DNA from: Pseudomonas aeruginosa | Lineage (GTDB): Bacteria; Pseudomonadota; Gammaproteobacteria; Pseudomonadales; Pseudomonadaceae | Assembly (NCBI RefSeq): GCF_001457615.1 | Contig: NZ_LN831024.1 | Span: forward strand, 4,320,001 to 4,352,000 | Reading direction: 5' to 3' | Length of the DNA: 32,000 bases | Part shown: piece by piece, positions 22,114 through 31,140 of the stretch | How the letters are laid out: every line of letters begins with the position of its first letter | Numbering within the stretch: the first letter of the stretch is position 1 | Made by a program: the position numbers and the translations under genes | The notes under the pieces: generated by a model | Seen by the model: the letters and a program-made list of their open reading frames with translations, nothing else | Told to the model about the DNA's origin: nothing | The model's database searches: none

Positions 22114-25100
22114 TCAGTCCGGCATCCAGGCACGATACCAGGCGCGCAAACGCTCGCCGTCGAGCATCCAATCCGCCAGCACCCGTTCGCGCAGGTTATC
22201 CCCTGCCCTGGCTGCGGCATCCAGGTCGCGGGTATGCATGCGGATCGCCTCCACCCAGTCGCGGAAACGGTTCTTCACCCGCGTCACCGGCAGATCGTCC
22301 TGGTAGCAGCGCACGTCGCTGCAGACCACCGGGAAACCGCAGGCGCCGTATTCCAGCAGGCGCAGATTGCTCTTGCACTCGTTGAACAGGTTCTGCTCCA
22401 CCGGCGCCAGCGCCAGGTCGAGATCGAGAGCCGCCAATGCCCGCGGATAGCGTTCGATAGGCACCCCCGCATGCACTTCCCTGACGAAGGGACGGATGGA
22501 CGGCGGGCACATGCCGAAGAACACCCAGTCGACTTCGTCGGCCAGTTCCCGGACCACATCGGCGATCAGTTCCAGATCGCCGGTATGGCTCGAGCCGCCC
22601 GCCCAACCGACACGTGGCCGCTCGCCGCGCCGCCGCTGCGCCCGCAGCCCCTGCCACCACCCCACCGGCAGGCGGTTCTCGATCACCCGGATATCCGGGT
22701 GGAGACCGGCGAAGGCCTCTGCCAGGGCCGGCGTCGACACCACGAAGCGGTCGACGTAACCCAGCCCGCGACGCAGCGTGCGCAAAATGTCCTTCGGCAG
22801 GTGCTGGCGATGGGCGCTCTTGAGGGGCACGTTGGGCAGATAGTCGTCCAGCTCGTAGACCTTGAAGGCCCGCGAGAACGCCTGCATCCGCCGCATGGCC
22901 TCGAGACGCTCCTCGCCGACCTGGCGCTGCAGCACCAGTACGTCCGGGTCGTAGCGCTCCAGATCGGCCACGTGCATCAGGCCGATCGACAGCGCGCCAT
23001 CGATGGATGCCGACTCGCGCAACGCGCTGAACGGCTGGATCACCCGGTAATGGCCGCAGCCGAACAGGTCGGCGGGGTGCGCCAGGACAGTGGGCAAGGG
23101 CCGCCACCCCTGCAACGGGCGCCAGGCCAGCTGCGGGTCGGCCAGCTTGAAACCGCCTTCGGCCTGCAACGAAAAGCCCGGGTTATAGGCGGGATCGCGT
23201 GCCAACAACGGTAGCCAGCGCGCGTACAGCGCATCTTCTTCCTCGACGCTCGCCGCCGTCGTGGCAGGCGCATCGAGCAACAGCCGCGCACGCGGCGTCC
23301 ATACGTTCAGGTAGCCCGCCTGGACCGCCCGCAGGCAGATGTCGACATCGTCCCAGCGCGTCAGCGCCTCGTCGAAACCGCCCAATTCGAGAAACAACTC
23401 GCGGCGCATCAACAGGCATTCGCCAGCCACCGCCGAGTAGTTCTGGTCCACCTGCAGGCGCTGCAGGTAACCGGCGTCCTCGTGCGAACGCCCTTCGAAG
23501 GCCCGCCCGGCCGGTCCGCATAAGCCGAGCAGCCAGCCGGCGTGGCAGACCCGTCCGTCCGCCGCCAGGAGCTTGGCGCCTACCGCGCCGACTTCCGGAC
23601 GCTGGCCATGGTTGAGCAACTGCTGCAGCCAGTCCTTGTCGAGGATGCCGCTGCCGGCATCGAGCCAGAGCAGGAATTCGCCACGCACCCGGGACGCCGC
23701 CAGGTTGCGCAGAGCCCCACGGGATAACTGCCCATCGCCTCGCAGCACCCGCACCTGCTCGACACCCATGCCTTCGACGGCGAGCAGCCATTCGCGAACG
23801 TCGGCCGCTTCGCCACCCTGTTCCAGCAGAAGGATCTCGTAGTTGGGATAGGCGGTATTCTCCAGCACGGTTTCTACGCAACGCTGGAGCTGCGCCAGGC
23901 GCTCCCCGGCCAGCACCAGGATGCTGACCGGCGGTTGCCCGGCGTGGCCGTAGTCCAGCTCGTAGCGCCCCGGCAGCCGGCTTCCGACTGTCGCCTGCGC
24001 GTAGCCACGGGCACGCAGGTGGCCTTCGATCGCCGCACGCTCGGCGGTGCTGTCCTGCAGGCGCAGCGCTGGGCCAGACAGCAGTGGCTCGCTGATGTGT
24101 CCGATACAGCCCAGGCCCCGCTGCTCGACGAGACGCAACTGGTAGGCCAGCTCGAAAGCCTCGCCGGCGGTCTCGTCGAATCCGCCCGTGGCAAGCAGCG
24201 GCTCGCGGCGGAACAACCAGTGCCGGGACAGGCCGGCGGGGAAACTGAGCAGAAGGTCGAGATTCAGGTCCGGGCGCAACGCCGCGCCCAGCTCGCCGTC
24301 ATCCAGGCGCATGAGTTCGTCGGCGTACACCGCCTGGCAGCTCTCCGGTGCCGCCAGCAGGTCCAGCGCCGCCACCAGCAGGCCGCTGACAGTGAATTCG
24401 ACGCCCGCTTCGACCAGGAGCAACCAGTCGGTATCAAGCCGGGCAAGCGCCTGGTTGATCGTCGGTATCGGCCCCGCGGCAGGATCGAAGAGCATCGCTC
24501 CGTTCCGCGGACTCGCGCCCAGCGGCGCGAACAGGTGGCTCTCGACATGTGGATACGAATTGACGTGCTCCAGGCTCTGCAGGGTGCGCTCCACGGCCTC
24601 GGTATCGCCGTGGGTGTCGAGCACCAGCACCGCGAAGCGCGGCCCACCGCCCTGCTCCTGCAGGAATCGATCGATCAGCGCCTTCTGCACCGCATCCGGC
24701 CGCCGCGCCTCCAGCCAGGTCGACAGCGTGACGCTACCGAAGCCCGCCGCCCGCCTCAGCGCGGCGAGCAGGTTGACCGGCTTGAAGACACGGGCGTCCA
24801 GGCGGGTGATCGGTGCCACCCGGACGAAACGGTTGTCGCCGGCCTGGCGATACCAACCCAGTTCGCGGATAGCCAGGCGGAAGTCGGCATGGCCCTGCTC
24901 GCCGATACCGGGCTGGTCGCGCCCGATCTGGCTGAACTGCTGGCGGGAGACGCGGAAACGGGTCAGCGGCCGCGACAGGAACGCCAGGTCGCCACGCTGT
25001 AGCAACTGCGCACACATGGCCAGGTCGCCGATCCAGTCGATGGCCCGGCCGTTGAGCATCATCAGGCGCTCGCAGATCTGCAGCAGCGCATCGCGCCGGG

Positions 25101-25620
25101 CCATCAGGCAACTGGGTTCGCCGATGAAGTTGATGGTGTGGTCGGCGAGGAACGAGACCAGCTCGCGACCGTCGATCAGGACGTCGCCGGCGAACGGGAA
25201 GCAGGTCGCCAGGATGTCCGGCAGCGGCTGCCCTTCCTCGTCGATACGCAACCGCCGCGACGAGGCCAGGACCACGTTCGGCTCGCGCTCCATCGCTCCC
25301 ACCAACGCCTCGACGCATTCGGGAAGCAACACGTCGTCGTCGTGGAGAAACTTGACGTACTCGCCCTCCGCCAGGCGAATGCCTTTCGCCGTGCTGCCCA
25401 GCTCGCCGAGGCGCGTCTCGTTGCGGAAGTAGCGGATCGGGAATGCCGCGGAGGCGCGCTTCTGCTCGACCAGCGTGGCGATCCGCTCGTCGCTGCTGTC
25501 GTCGCAGATGATCAGCTCCAGGGCCGGATAGGTCTGCCCGAGCACGCTGTCGAGGGCGTCCTCGAAGTACTCCAGCTTGTAGGTCGGCATGACGATGCTG
25601 ACACGAACGTTCGCGCTCAT
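22114..25620 (-). CDS. fgtA: Large multidomain flagellin glycosyltransferase (OrfN/FgtA-like)
   Basis: 1168 aa. N-terminal GT2 domain (VSIVMPTYKLEYFEDALDSVLGQTYPALELIICDDSS, KFLHDDDVLL); middle GT2-like domain (PVSILVLAGERLAQLQRCVETVLENTAYPNYEILLLEQ...LTRWDDVDICLRAVQAGY); C-terminal GT1-like domain (HPADLFGCGHYRVIQPFSAL...LAPVEQNLFNECKSNLRLLEYGACGFPVV). Adjacent to fliC. Confidence 0.85.
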   Translation of the reverse strand: MSANVRVSIVMPTYKLEYFEDALDSVLGQTYPALELIICDDSSDERIATLVEQKRASAAFPIRYFRNETRLGELGSTAKGIRLAEGEYVKFLHDDDVLLPECVEALVGAMEREPNVVLASSRRLRIDEEGQPLPDILATCFPFAGDVLIDGRELVSFLADHTINFIGEPSCLMARRDALLQICERLMMLNGRAIDWIGDLAMCAQLLQRGDLAFLSRPLTRFRVSRQQFSQIGRDQPGIGEQGHADFRLAIRELGWYRQAGDNRFVRVAPITRLDARVFKPVNLLAALRRAAGFGSVTLSTWLEARRPDAVQKALIDRFLQEQGGGPRFAVLVLDTHGDTEAVERTLQSLEHVNSYPHVESHLFAPLGASPRNGAMLFDPAAGPIPTINQALARLDTDWLLLVEAGVEFTVSGLLVAALDLLAAPESCQAVYADELMRLDDGELGAALRPDLNLDLLLSFPAGLSRHWLFRREPLLATGGFDETAGEAFELAYQLRLVEQRGLGCIGHISEPLLSGPALRLQDSTAERAAIEGHLRARGYAQATVGSRLPGRYELDYGHAGQPPVSILVLAGERLAQLQRCVETVLENTAYPNYEILLLEQGGEAADVREWLLAVEGMGVEQVRVLRGDGQLSRGALRNLAASRVRGEFLLWLDAGSGILDKDWLQQLLNHGQRPEVGAVGAKLLAADGRVCHAGWLLGLCGPAGRAFEGRSHEDAGYLQRLQVDQNYSAVAGECLLMRRELFLELGGFDEALTRWDDVDICLRAVQAGYLNVWTPRARLLLDAPATTAASVEEEDALYARWLPLLARDPAYNPGFSLQAEGGFKLADPQLAWRPLQGWRPLPTVLAHPADLFGCGHYRVIQPFSALRESASIDGALSIGLMHVADLERYDPDVLVLQRQVGEERLEAMRRMQAFSRAFKVYELDDYLPNVPLKSAHRQHLPKDILRTLRRGLGYVDRFVVSTPALAEAFAGLHPDIRVIENRLPVGWWQGLRAQRRRGERPRVGWAGGSSHTGDLELIADVVRELADEVDWVFFGMCPPSIRPFVREVHAGVPIERYPRALAALDLDLALAPVEQNLFNECKSNLRLLEYGACGFPVVCSDVRCYQDDLPVTRVKNRFRDWVEAIRMHTRDLDAAARAGDNLRERVLADWMLDGERLRAWYRAWMPD

Positions 25621-25660
25621 TGAGCCATTCCTGAGTAATTGGTGCAGCGCATGGTGATCG

Positions 25661-25683
25661 GAAGGGCCGGGCCATGGCCCTTC
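25661..25683. repeat. Intergenic inverted repeat / stem-loop upstream of the glycosyltransferase
   Basis: GAAGGGCC-GGGCCAT-GGCCCTTC, a perfect 8-bp stem with a 7-nt loop, in the 120-bp gap between the FkbM gene end and the glycosyltransferase start. Confidence 0.6.
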
Positions 25684-25740
25684 GTGTCGCCGCTCCCGGT
25701 CTCGACTCCCCGCGGCGGAGCATCTGCTCCGACGAGCGCG

Positions 25741-26906
25741 TCAGCGCCCTTCACGAAGAGCATCGGGCCAGTCGACATAGAGGATCGTGTCGTAGAAATA
25801 CAGCGAGTAATGGCGCAGGCGCAGCCGGGCTCCCGCAGCGATCCCGTCGATCGCGGCGACGATGTCCAGCAGGTCCTGCACATGGTGGTAACAGGTGATG
25901 GCCATGCGCGGCCGGCACTCGTCGATCAGCCGCGCGGCCCCCGCAGAACCCGTGCCTCATGGCCTTCCACATCCATTTTCAGCAAGGTCATGACATCGAG
26001 GACATCGTCGAGCCGCACGCACGGCACCTGCACGGTGCCGTCTATCTCGACCCTGCTTCCCATGGTGCCGTGGGCTGCGAATGCGAGATGGCCGCCGGTA
26101 TCGGACACCGCCTGGTTATGCAGATGGAGACCGACACTTCCAGCAAGCGACGCATGCATGAGCCGGTAATTCGCCGGATCAGGCTCGAAGGCATGGATCG
26201 AAGCATATTCATGACGAGCCGCCAGCATGAACTTCTTCACCGTATCGCCATCGTAGGCACCGATATCCACGTAATGCTCGTCGCTTCGCAAGACGATCGG
26301 ATGCTCGGGGCCCCGGTACAGGGAAAAGTATTCCTGCTCTCCCGGACACAACACGTCCAGCAACGCAGCGCGGTTGCCGTCCAAACGCAGGCGCATGATG
26401 GCTTCCAGGGTCTTCCGGCTTCGCTCGTCGGCCAGGCGCTCGCGCAGCGAGACGAACTCGGCGTGATGCTGCATCGCCAATTCGCGAGTCAGCGCGCCGG
26501 TCTGGTAGACCAAAGGAATATCCAGCAGGTAGAGAAGCTCGGGCAGATCGAGGGTGATGCATTGCGCAGTCTTCGCCAGGTGATCCAGCGTCAGCCAGGT
26601 AGGCAGCGAATAGGCACAATTCACCGCGGGTTTCCCTGCGTGGCATGGTTCCTTCAACTGGGCGGTAGGAATCACCTGGTCGAAACCATCGGGAACGCTA
26701 TTGCTGGCGAAAAGCACATCGTCCACAGCAATCAGGCGAACCTCAGGCAGACGCTGTGACAAACCGGCAACCACCTGTGAGCGGAACACCCCTCCAAGAT
26801 AGGAACTAGGCACCAGCACCAATAGATATCCGCTCCGTTCGCATCGCGAAAGGAAGTCCGCCTGCGTCATATCGTTTCCCGCCATCATCGACAGCTCCCC
26901 GCTCAT
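25741..26906 (-). pseudogene. FkbM-family SAM-dependent methyltransferase, apparently disrupted by a single-nucleotide frameshift
   Basis: The 326-aa ORF ends LLKMDVEGHEARVLRGPRG* (stop at 25926). Adding one G in the G5 tract (plus-strand C5, 25938-25942) continues the frame as RGAARLIDECRPRMAITCYHHVQDLLDIVAAIDGIAAGSRLRLRHYSLYFYDTILYVDWPDALREGR* to 25741, giving 388 aa. SAM motif VDIGAYDGDTVKKF is present. Confidence 0.8.
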
Positions 26907-27517
26907 AGGATGCGTGCCCCATCGGGCATGAGTTCATCGTAAAAGGAGTAATTAGGCAGTTCCCGGGGAAGCCTGCCCGGCAACAACCATTCGCAGTGTC
27001 GCCCCACCCGGGTGTCGGCGAGCGCGACGCTGCCCGCACCCAGCGTGCTGCCCTGGCCGATCTCCACTCGCCGTCCCAACTGCACGCCAGCGAGCAGCGT
27101 GCTACAGGTTCCGACCCGGCAGTCCTCCTCCACCAGGACCTGCAGCTCCAGCCAACTGCCAGTGCCGATGCGGGCAGGACCAGCGAGCACGCAACCGGCG
27201 CCGACGAACACGTTGCCCAGCAGTCGCACGCCTTCGCCGACGATGGCCTGAGGCGAGACGATATCGAATAGCCGGTAGCCCGCCAGGCGGATATCCGCGA
27301 TGAGCTTGTGGCGGGCGTAGTTCACCGCCCGCTCGTCCAGCGCCACGAATACTTCGCTTTCCGCAGCGGGGTAGCGTTCGAGCAGAGGCGCAATATCGAA
27401 GTTGTGTCGATCCGCAGCATTCAGCTCCAGGACCCGGTGTTCCAGTCCCCGTTCCCGCGCGGTACTGTCCGCCCGTTCGAGCGCGCGCCCTTCCCCGACG
27501 ATGATCGCCTGCTTCAT
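26903..27517 (-). CDS. NeuD/PglD-like hexapeptide-repeat acyltransferase or related sugar-modifying protein
   Basis: 204 aa from MKQAIIVGEG. Hexapeptide-like repeats (IVGEGVRLLGNVFVGAGCVLAGPARIGTG...VEIGQGSTLGAGSVALADTRVG). ATGA overlaps at both ends with its neighbours. Confidence 0.7.
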   Translation of the reverse strand: MKQAIIVGEGRALERADSTARERGLEHRVLELNAADRHNFDIAPLLERYPAAESEVFVALDERAVNYARHKLIADIRLAGYRLFDIVSPQAIVGEGVRLLGNVFVGAGCVLAGPARIGTGSWLELQVLVEEDCRVGTCSTLLAGVQLGRRVEIGQGSTLGAGSVALADTRVGRHCEWLLPGRLPRELPNYSFYDELMPDGARIL

Positions 27518-28644
27518 GCCCTCTCCCCCAGTACCTGCGCGCGATACCACAGGTGCTGGCGCACCAGCTGCACCTCGTAGTCGCCGTGCATGAACGGCGG
27601 CGAATGTGCGCCCAGCCCCTCCTGGAGGCGTTCCAGGACCAGGGTGTCCTCGCCGATCACGTTACGCTCGCCGCGAATCAGGGTGCTCAGCAAAGCGCTG
27701 AAATCGGTCTTCGGATCCTTGCGCCGGGCAGTCATCATCCACAGGTGGTAATCGGTCTCGCCGGGTGCCACCGGATCGTACTGCTGGAGCAGGAAGTGCT
27801 CGCCACGGACGCTGCAGAAGTTCACGTTCGGGTAGATGAACCAGTTGTAGTAGGCGTGCTCGTCGCCGTAGCCCTCGCAGAGGTCGGAGAACCAGCTCTT
27901 GTAGGGCTGGATCGGCGCCTTGGTGGGGAAGCTCAGCGAACGCAGCTCCGGCGTTTCGCCTTCCTGCAGCAGGCGCAGCACCTCGGATGGCACCGCAGCC
28001 TCGCGTGCCAGACCGCGCACCGGGGCGGTCATCACCGGGAGGAAGGTCTTCGGATGGACGAAAGGAACATGGTTGTAGTCCTTCACGTTCTCCATGTTCA
28101 GCTTCCAGTTGTAGCGCACCTTGTGGCAGCTGTAGATCAGCCGCGTATCCAGGTGCGAGGAGACCTCCCGCAAGGTTTCCAGGAATCCATCGTCGAACTG
28201 CTCGCGCAGCGGCAGCGGGTCGTCCGCCAGGTTGACGAACAGCAGTTGCCCCACCTCTTCCAGGTGCAGCTTGCGCAAGCCGATCCGCGCCCGCTCCTCG
28301 GCGCTGAACTGGTACAGGCTGGAGTTCGGAATGCCCTGTAGCTGCCCCTCGGCGCCGAACGACCAGGCATGGTACGGGCAGACCAGCGGTCGCTGGCCGG
28401 TGCATTCGGTCTGGATCGCCGACAGACGATGCGGACACTGGTTGAGAAAGGCCCGAATGCCGGACTCGGTACGCTGCACCACGACCGGCACGCCGGCGAT
28501 CTTGCGGGTGAAGAACTGGTTGCGCTCGCGCACCATCGAACTGAAGCCGACGAAGATCCAGAGCCTGCCGAACAGCCTTTCGCGCTCCAGCGCGAGCGTC
28601 TGCGGCTCGGTGTAGTGCGCTGCGTCCAGCGCATGGCGAGTCAT
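27514..28644 (-). CDS. Rieske [2Fe-2S] non-heme iron oxygenase, alpha subunit type
   Basis: 376 aa from MTRHALDAAHYTEPQTLALERERLFGRLWIFVG. Rieske motif CPH-X16-CPYH (CPHRLSAIQTECTGQRPLVCPYH) and mononuclear iron motif D-X2-H-X4-H (DYNHVPFVH). The ORF-track start at 29049 runs back into the upstream gene. Confidence 0.9.
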   Translation of the reverse strand: MTRHALDAAHYTEPQTLALERERLFGRLWIFVGFSSMVRERNQFFTRKIAGVPVVVQRTESGIRAFLNQCPHRLSAIQTECTGQRPLVCPYHAWSFGAEGQLQGIPNSSLYQFSAEERARIGLRKLHLEEVGQLLFVNLADDPLPLREQFDDGFLETLREVSSHLDTRLIYSCHKVRYNWKLNMENVKDYNHVPFVHPKTFLPVMTAPVRGLAREAAVPSEVLRLLQEGETPELRSLSFPTKAPIQPYKSWFSDLCEGYGDEHAYYNWFIYPNVNFCSVRGEHFLLQQYDPVAPGETDYHLWMMTARRKDPKTDFSALLSTLIRGERNVIGEDTLVLERLQEGLGAHSPPFMHGDYEVQLVRQHLWYRAQVLGERA

Positions 28645-28661
28645 GTCCACATCCACAACCT

Positions 28662-29294
28662 TCACTTGCTGAAAATAACCCGGGCCGGATTGCCGACCAC
28701 GGTCTGTCCGGCCGCCACGTCCTTGAACACCACCGCGCCCATGCCCACCACGGCGTCTTCGCCGATACTGACGTCGCGGGCGATCATCGCCCCGGAGTTG
28801 ATCACCGCACGATCGCCCACCTTCACGTAGCCGGCCAGCAGGCAGCGCGGGCCGATGTGTACATAGTCGCCGATGACCACGTCGTGGCCGAGCATGGTTT
28901 GCTGGTCGATGAAACCGTAGGCGCCGATACGGCAGTCCACGCCGCTGCTCACGTCGTAGCCGAAGAAGGTCGGGCCGTAGCTGGTCCGCACGCCAAGGGT
29001 GCAGCGGGTGCGGATAGCGACGAACTCGGCGCCCTTCGCCAGCAGGCATGCGACCTGCTTCTGGCGACTGAGCGGATCGCCGACCGCGGCGACGAACAGT
29101 TGGTCAGGCTCCGCGACGAAGCTCTCCGGATACCCGAGCCACGGGTAGTAGAGCGACTCCGCGACCGCGTCGGGGCCGCGCTCGTCGAGAAACCCGCCGA
29201 TCACCCAGTCGATGCCGTGACCGTAGTCGACCTGCAGCTGGGCCAGCACCTGACGCCCCAACCCACCGGCGCCGAGGATGATGATCCTCTTCAT
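28662..29294 (-). CDS. NeuD/PglD-type hexapeptide-repeat sugar O/N-acyltransferase
   Basis: 210 aa. MKRIIILGAGGLGRQVLAQL nucleotide-sugar-binding-like N-terminus, and left-handed beta-helix repeats (IGDYVHIGPRCLLAGYVKVGDRAVINSGAMIARDVSIGEDAVVGMGAVV..VVGNPARV). Confidence 0.88.
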   Translation of the reverse strand: MKRIIILGAGGLGRQVLAQLQVDYGHGIDWVIGGFLDERGPDAVAESLYYPWLGYPESFVAEPDQLFVAAVGDPLSRQKQVACLLAKGAEFVAIRTRCTLGVRTSYGPTFFGYDVSSGVDCRIGAYGFIDQQTMLGHDVVIGDYVHIGPRCLLAGYVKVGDRAVINSGAMIARDVSIGEDAVVGMGAVVFKDVAAGQTVVGNPARVIFSK

Positions 29295-29304
29295 TGCATC
29301 GTCC

Positions 29305-30072
29305 TCAACTGATGGTCAGGCCGCCGTCCATCACCAGGGTCGTGCCGGTCACCCAGCGGCTGGCATCGGAAAGCATGAAGATAGCGGCGTTGGCGATATC
29401 CTCGGGCTTGCCGAAGCCCATCGGGTGGTTGCTGCGTTGACCGTCCATCGAACCGACCGTCTGGGTGGCTGCATCCAGAAGCGGTGTTTCCACCAGTGAT
29501 GGAGACAGGCAGTTAACCCGGATGTTGCGCTTCACCACTTCCATGGCCAGGCAGCGGGACATGGCGATCAGAGCGGCCTTGGTTCCCGAGTATGCCCCCA
29601 CTCCGGCAACCCCGATGTGGGCGGCGATGGAAGCGATGAACAGGATCGAACCGCCGGGCGCTACCAGGTTGCGCTTGAGCAACGCCTGGGTAAGCAGCAT
29701 CGGCGAGTCGACATTGATCGACTGGACTTCATGCAAGTGCGCTTCGGTCATCATCCGCACTGGACACAGACGGGAAATACCGGCGCTATGCACCAGTCCA
29801 TGGATTTCGCTGTCGACAGCCGCTACCACCGCAGCGCGCTCCTCGGCTACCCGAAGATCGGCCTGGACAGCACGGTGCGGCAGCTCCGAGATCGACTGCA
29901 AGGTTGTCAGGCATCCATCCAGGCGGGTCTGGTCACGTCCGGTAACGATCAATTCGGCGCCCATCCGCGCACAGCTCTGCGCGATGGCCAGGCCCAGGCC
30001 GGAACTGGCGCCGGTGACCAGGATGCGCCTGCCCGACAGGCTGAAGGGATTGAAGGAAGTCTCGTCGTTCAC
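29305..30072 (-). CDS. Short-chain dehydrogenase/reductase (3-oxoacyl-ACP reductase-like)
   Basis: 255 aa. RRILVTGASSGLGLAIAQ, YSGTKAALIAMSRCLA (YxxxK), C-terminal GTTLVMDGGLTIS. Confidence 0.93.
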   Translation of the reverse strand: MNDETSFNPFSLSGRRILVTGASSGLGLAIAQSCARMGAELIVTGRDQTRLDGCLTTLQSISELPHRAVQADLRVAEERAAVVAAVDSEIHGLVHSAGISRLCPVRMMTEAHLHEVQSINVDSPMLLTQALLKRNLVAPGGSILFIASIAAHIGVAGVGAYSGTKAALIAMSRCLAMEVVKRNIRVNCLSPSLVETPLLDAATQTVGSMDGQRSNHPMGFGKPEDIANAAIFMLSDASRWVTGTTLVMDGGLTIS

Positions 30073-30097
30073 TTGGCTGATTCCGCGTTCAAGGCAC

Positions 30098-31138
30098 TCA
30101 GGATTCGATCAGATCGGGGAACTTCGCCCCTTCGATATCCACCAGGCAGGTACCCCAGGACAGGCCGATACCGAAGCCGCAGAGCAACACGCGATTGCGG
30201 CCGGCCTCGAGTTCCCGGTTGATCCGCGCGGTCATGGTCACCGGCAGCGAGGCGCCGCTGGTGTTGCCGAAGTCGCGCAGGGTCGAAGGCACCTTCTCTA
30301 CCGGCAGGCCGAGCTTCTTGCGGATGGTCTCGTTGATCATCCGGTTGGCCTGGTGGAAAACGAAGTAGTCCACTTCGTCCTTGCTCGCACCGGCATAGTC
30401 GAGCAGCTTTTCCACCGCCGGCGGTACGCGCTGGGTGGAGAAGCTGAGTACGGCGGTGCCGTCGAGCTGCAGGTCGATGGCACGGTGCCAATGGTCGTTC
30501 TCGTCCTCGCGGAACGGCATCAGGTGCTGCACGCCGACCGGTTCGCGATGGCCGCCCACCGGCAGGATGATGGCCTTGTAGCCGCTGCCGTCGCTGTTCA
30601 GGTCGAAGTGCATCGGCGGCGCGCCTTCGCAGAACTCCAGCGCCGTCGCGGTGCCCGCGTCGGAGAAGATCGGATCGTTGACACTGGCGCCGCGGTCGCC
30701 GACCAGCACAAGGCCCTTCTTCACCCCGCCGGCGGCAATCAGCGAACCCAGCAGGTTGAGGGCGAACGGATAGGCCGAGCAACCCAGGTTGACGTCGAAG
30801 GCCACGGTGGAATGCGGCAGCCCCAGGCGGTCCTGGAGGATGATCGCGGTAGCCGGCGCCAGGTAGTCGGGAGACTGGGTCACGACGATCAGCGCATCGA
30901 CCTCCTCGCGCTTCCACTCCAGGCTTTCCAGCAGGCGCTCGGCGGCGTCGAAGGCCAGGTCGGAGAAGCACTGCCACTCCTGCGCCATGCGCCGCGTCTC
31001 GATGCCGATGTTGCGCACCAGGCGTTCGCGCTCGGCGCGCAACTGCGGCTTGCAGTCGGTCAGGTTGGAGATAACGCGCTTGGGGACGCAGGTCGCCATC
31101 CCGGCGAAACGGACGTTCTTCAGCGTGGAGGTGGCCAT
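30098..31138 (-). CDS. 3-oxoacyl-ACP synthase III (KAS III, FabH-like)
   Basis: 346 aa with the Cys-His-Asn triad: FDVNLGCSAYPFAL, FHQANRMINETI, FGNTSGASLP. Confidence 0.93.
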   Translation of the reverse strand: MATSTLKNVRFAGMATCVPKRVISNLTDCKPQLRAERERLVRNIGIETRRMAQEWQCFSDLAFDAAERLLESLEWKREEVDALIVVTQSPDYLAPATAIILQDRLGLPHSTVAFDVNLGCSAYPFALNLLGSLIAAGGVKKGLVLVGDRGASVNDPIFSDAGTATALEFCEGAPPMHFDLNSDGSGYKAIILPVGGHREPVGVQHLMPFREDENDHWHRAIDLQLDGTAVLSFSTQRVPPAVEKLLDYAGASKDEVDYFVFHQANRMINETIRKKLGLPVEKVPSTLRDFGNTSGASLPVTMTARINRELEAGRNRVLLCGFGIGLSWGTCLVDIEGAKFPDLIES

Positions 31139-31140
31139 GG

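Noticed and set aside
20771-22306. 511-aa plus-strand ORF antisense to fliC and its promoter
   Set aside because: Covers fliC, the sigma-28 promoter and the 3' end of the glycosyltransferase gene in antisense; no protein-like motifs.
25751-25972. 73-aa minus-strand ORF overlapping the FkbM 3' region
   Set aside because: This is the third frame (R/P/G-rich), not the conserved C-terminal continuation, which reads LIDECRPRMAITCYHH in another frame.
27514-29049. 511-aa version of the Rieske ORF
   Set aside because: The first ~135 residues are arginine/glycine-rich out-of-frame translation of the upstream acyltransferase gene. The real start is MTRHALDAAHY at 28644.
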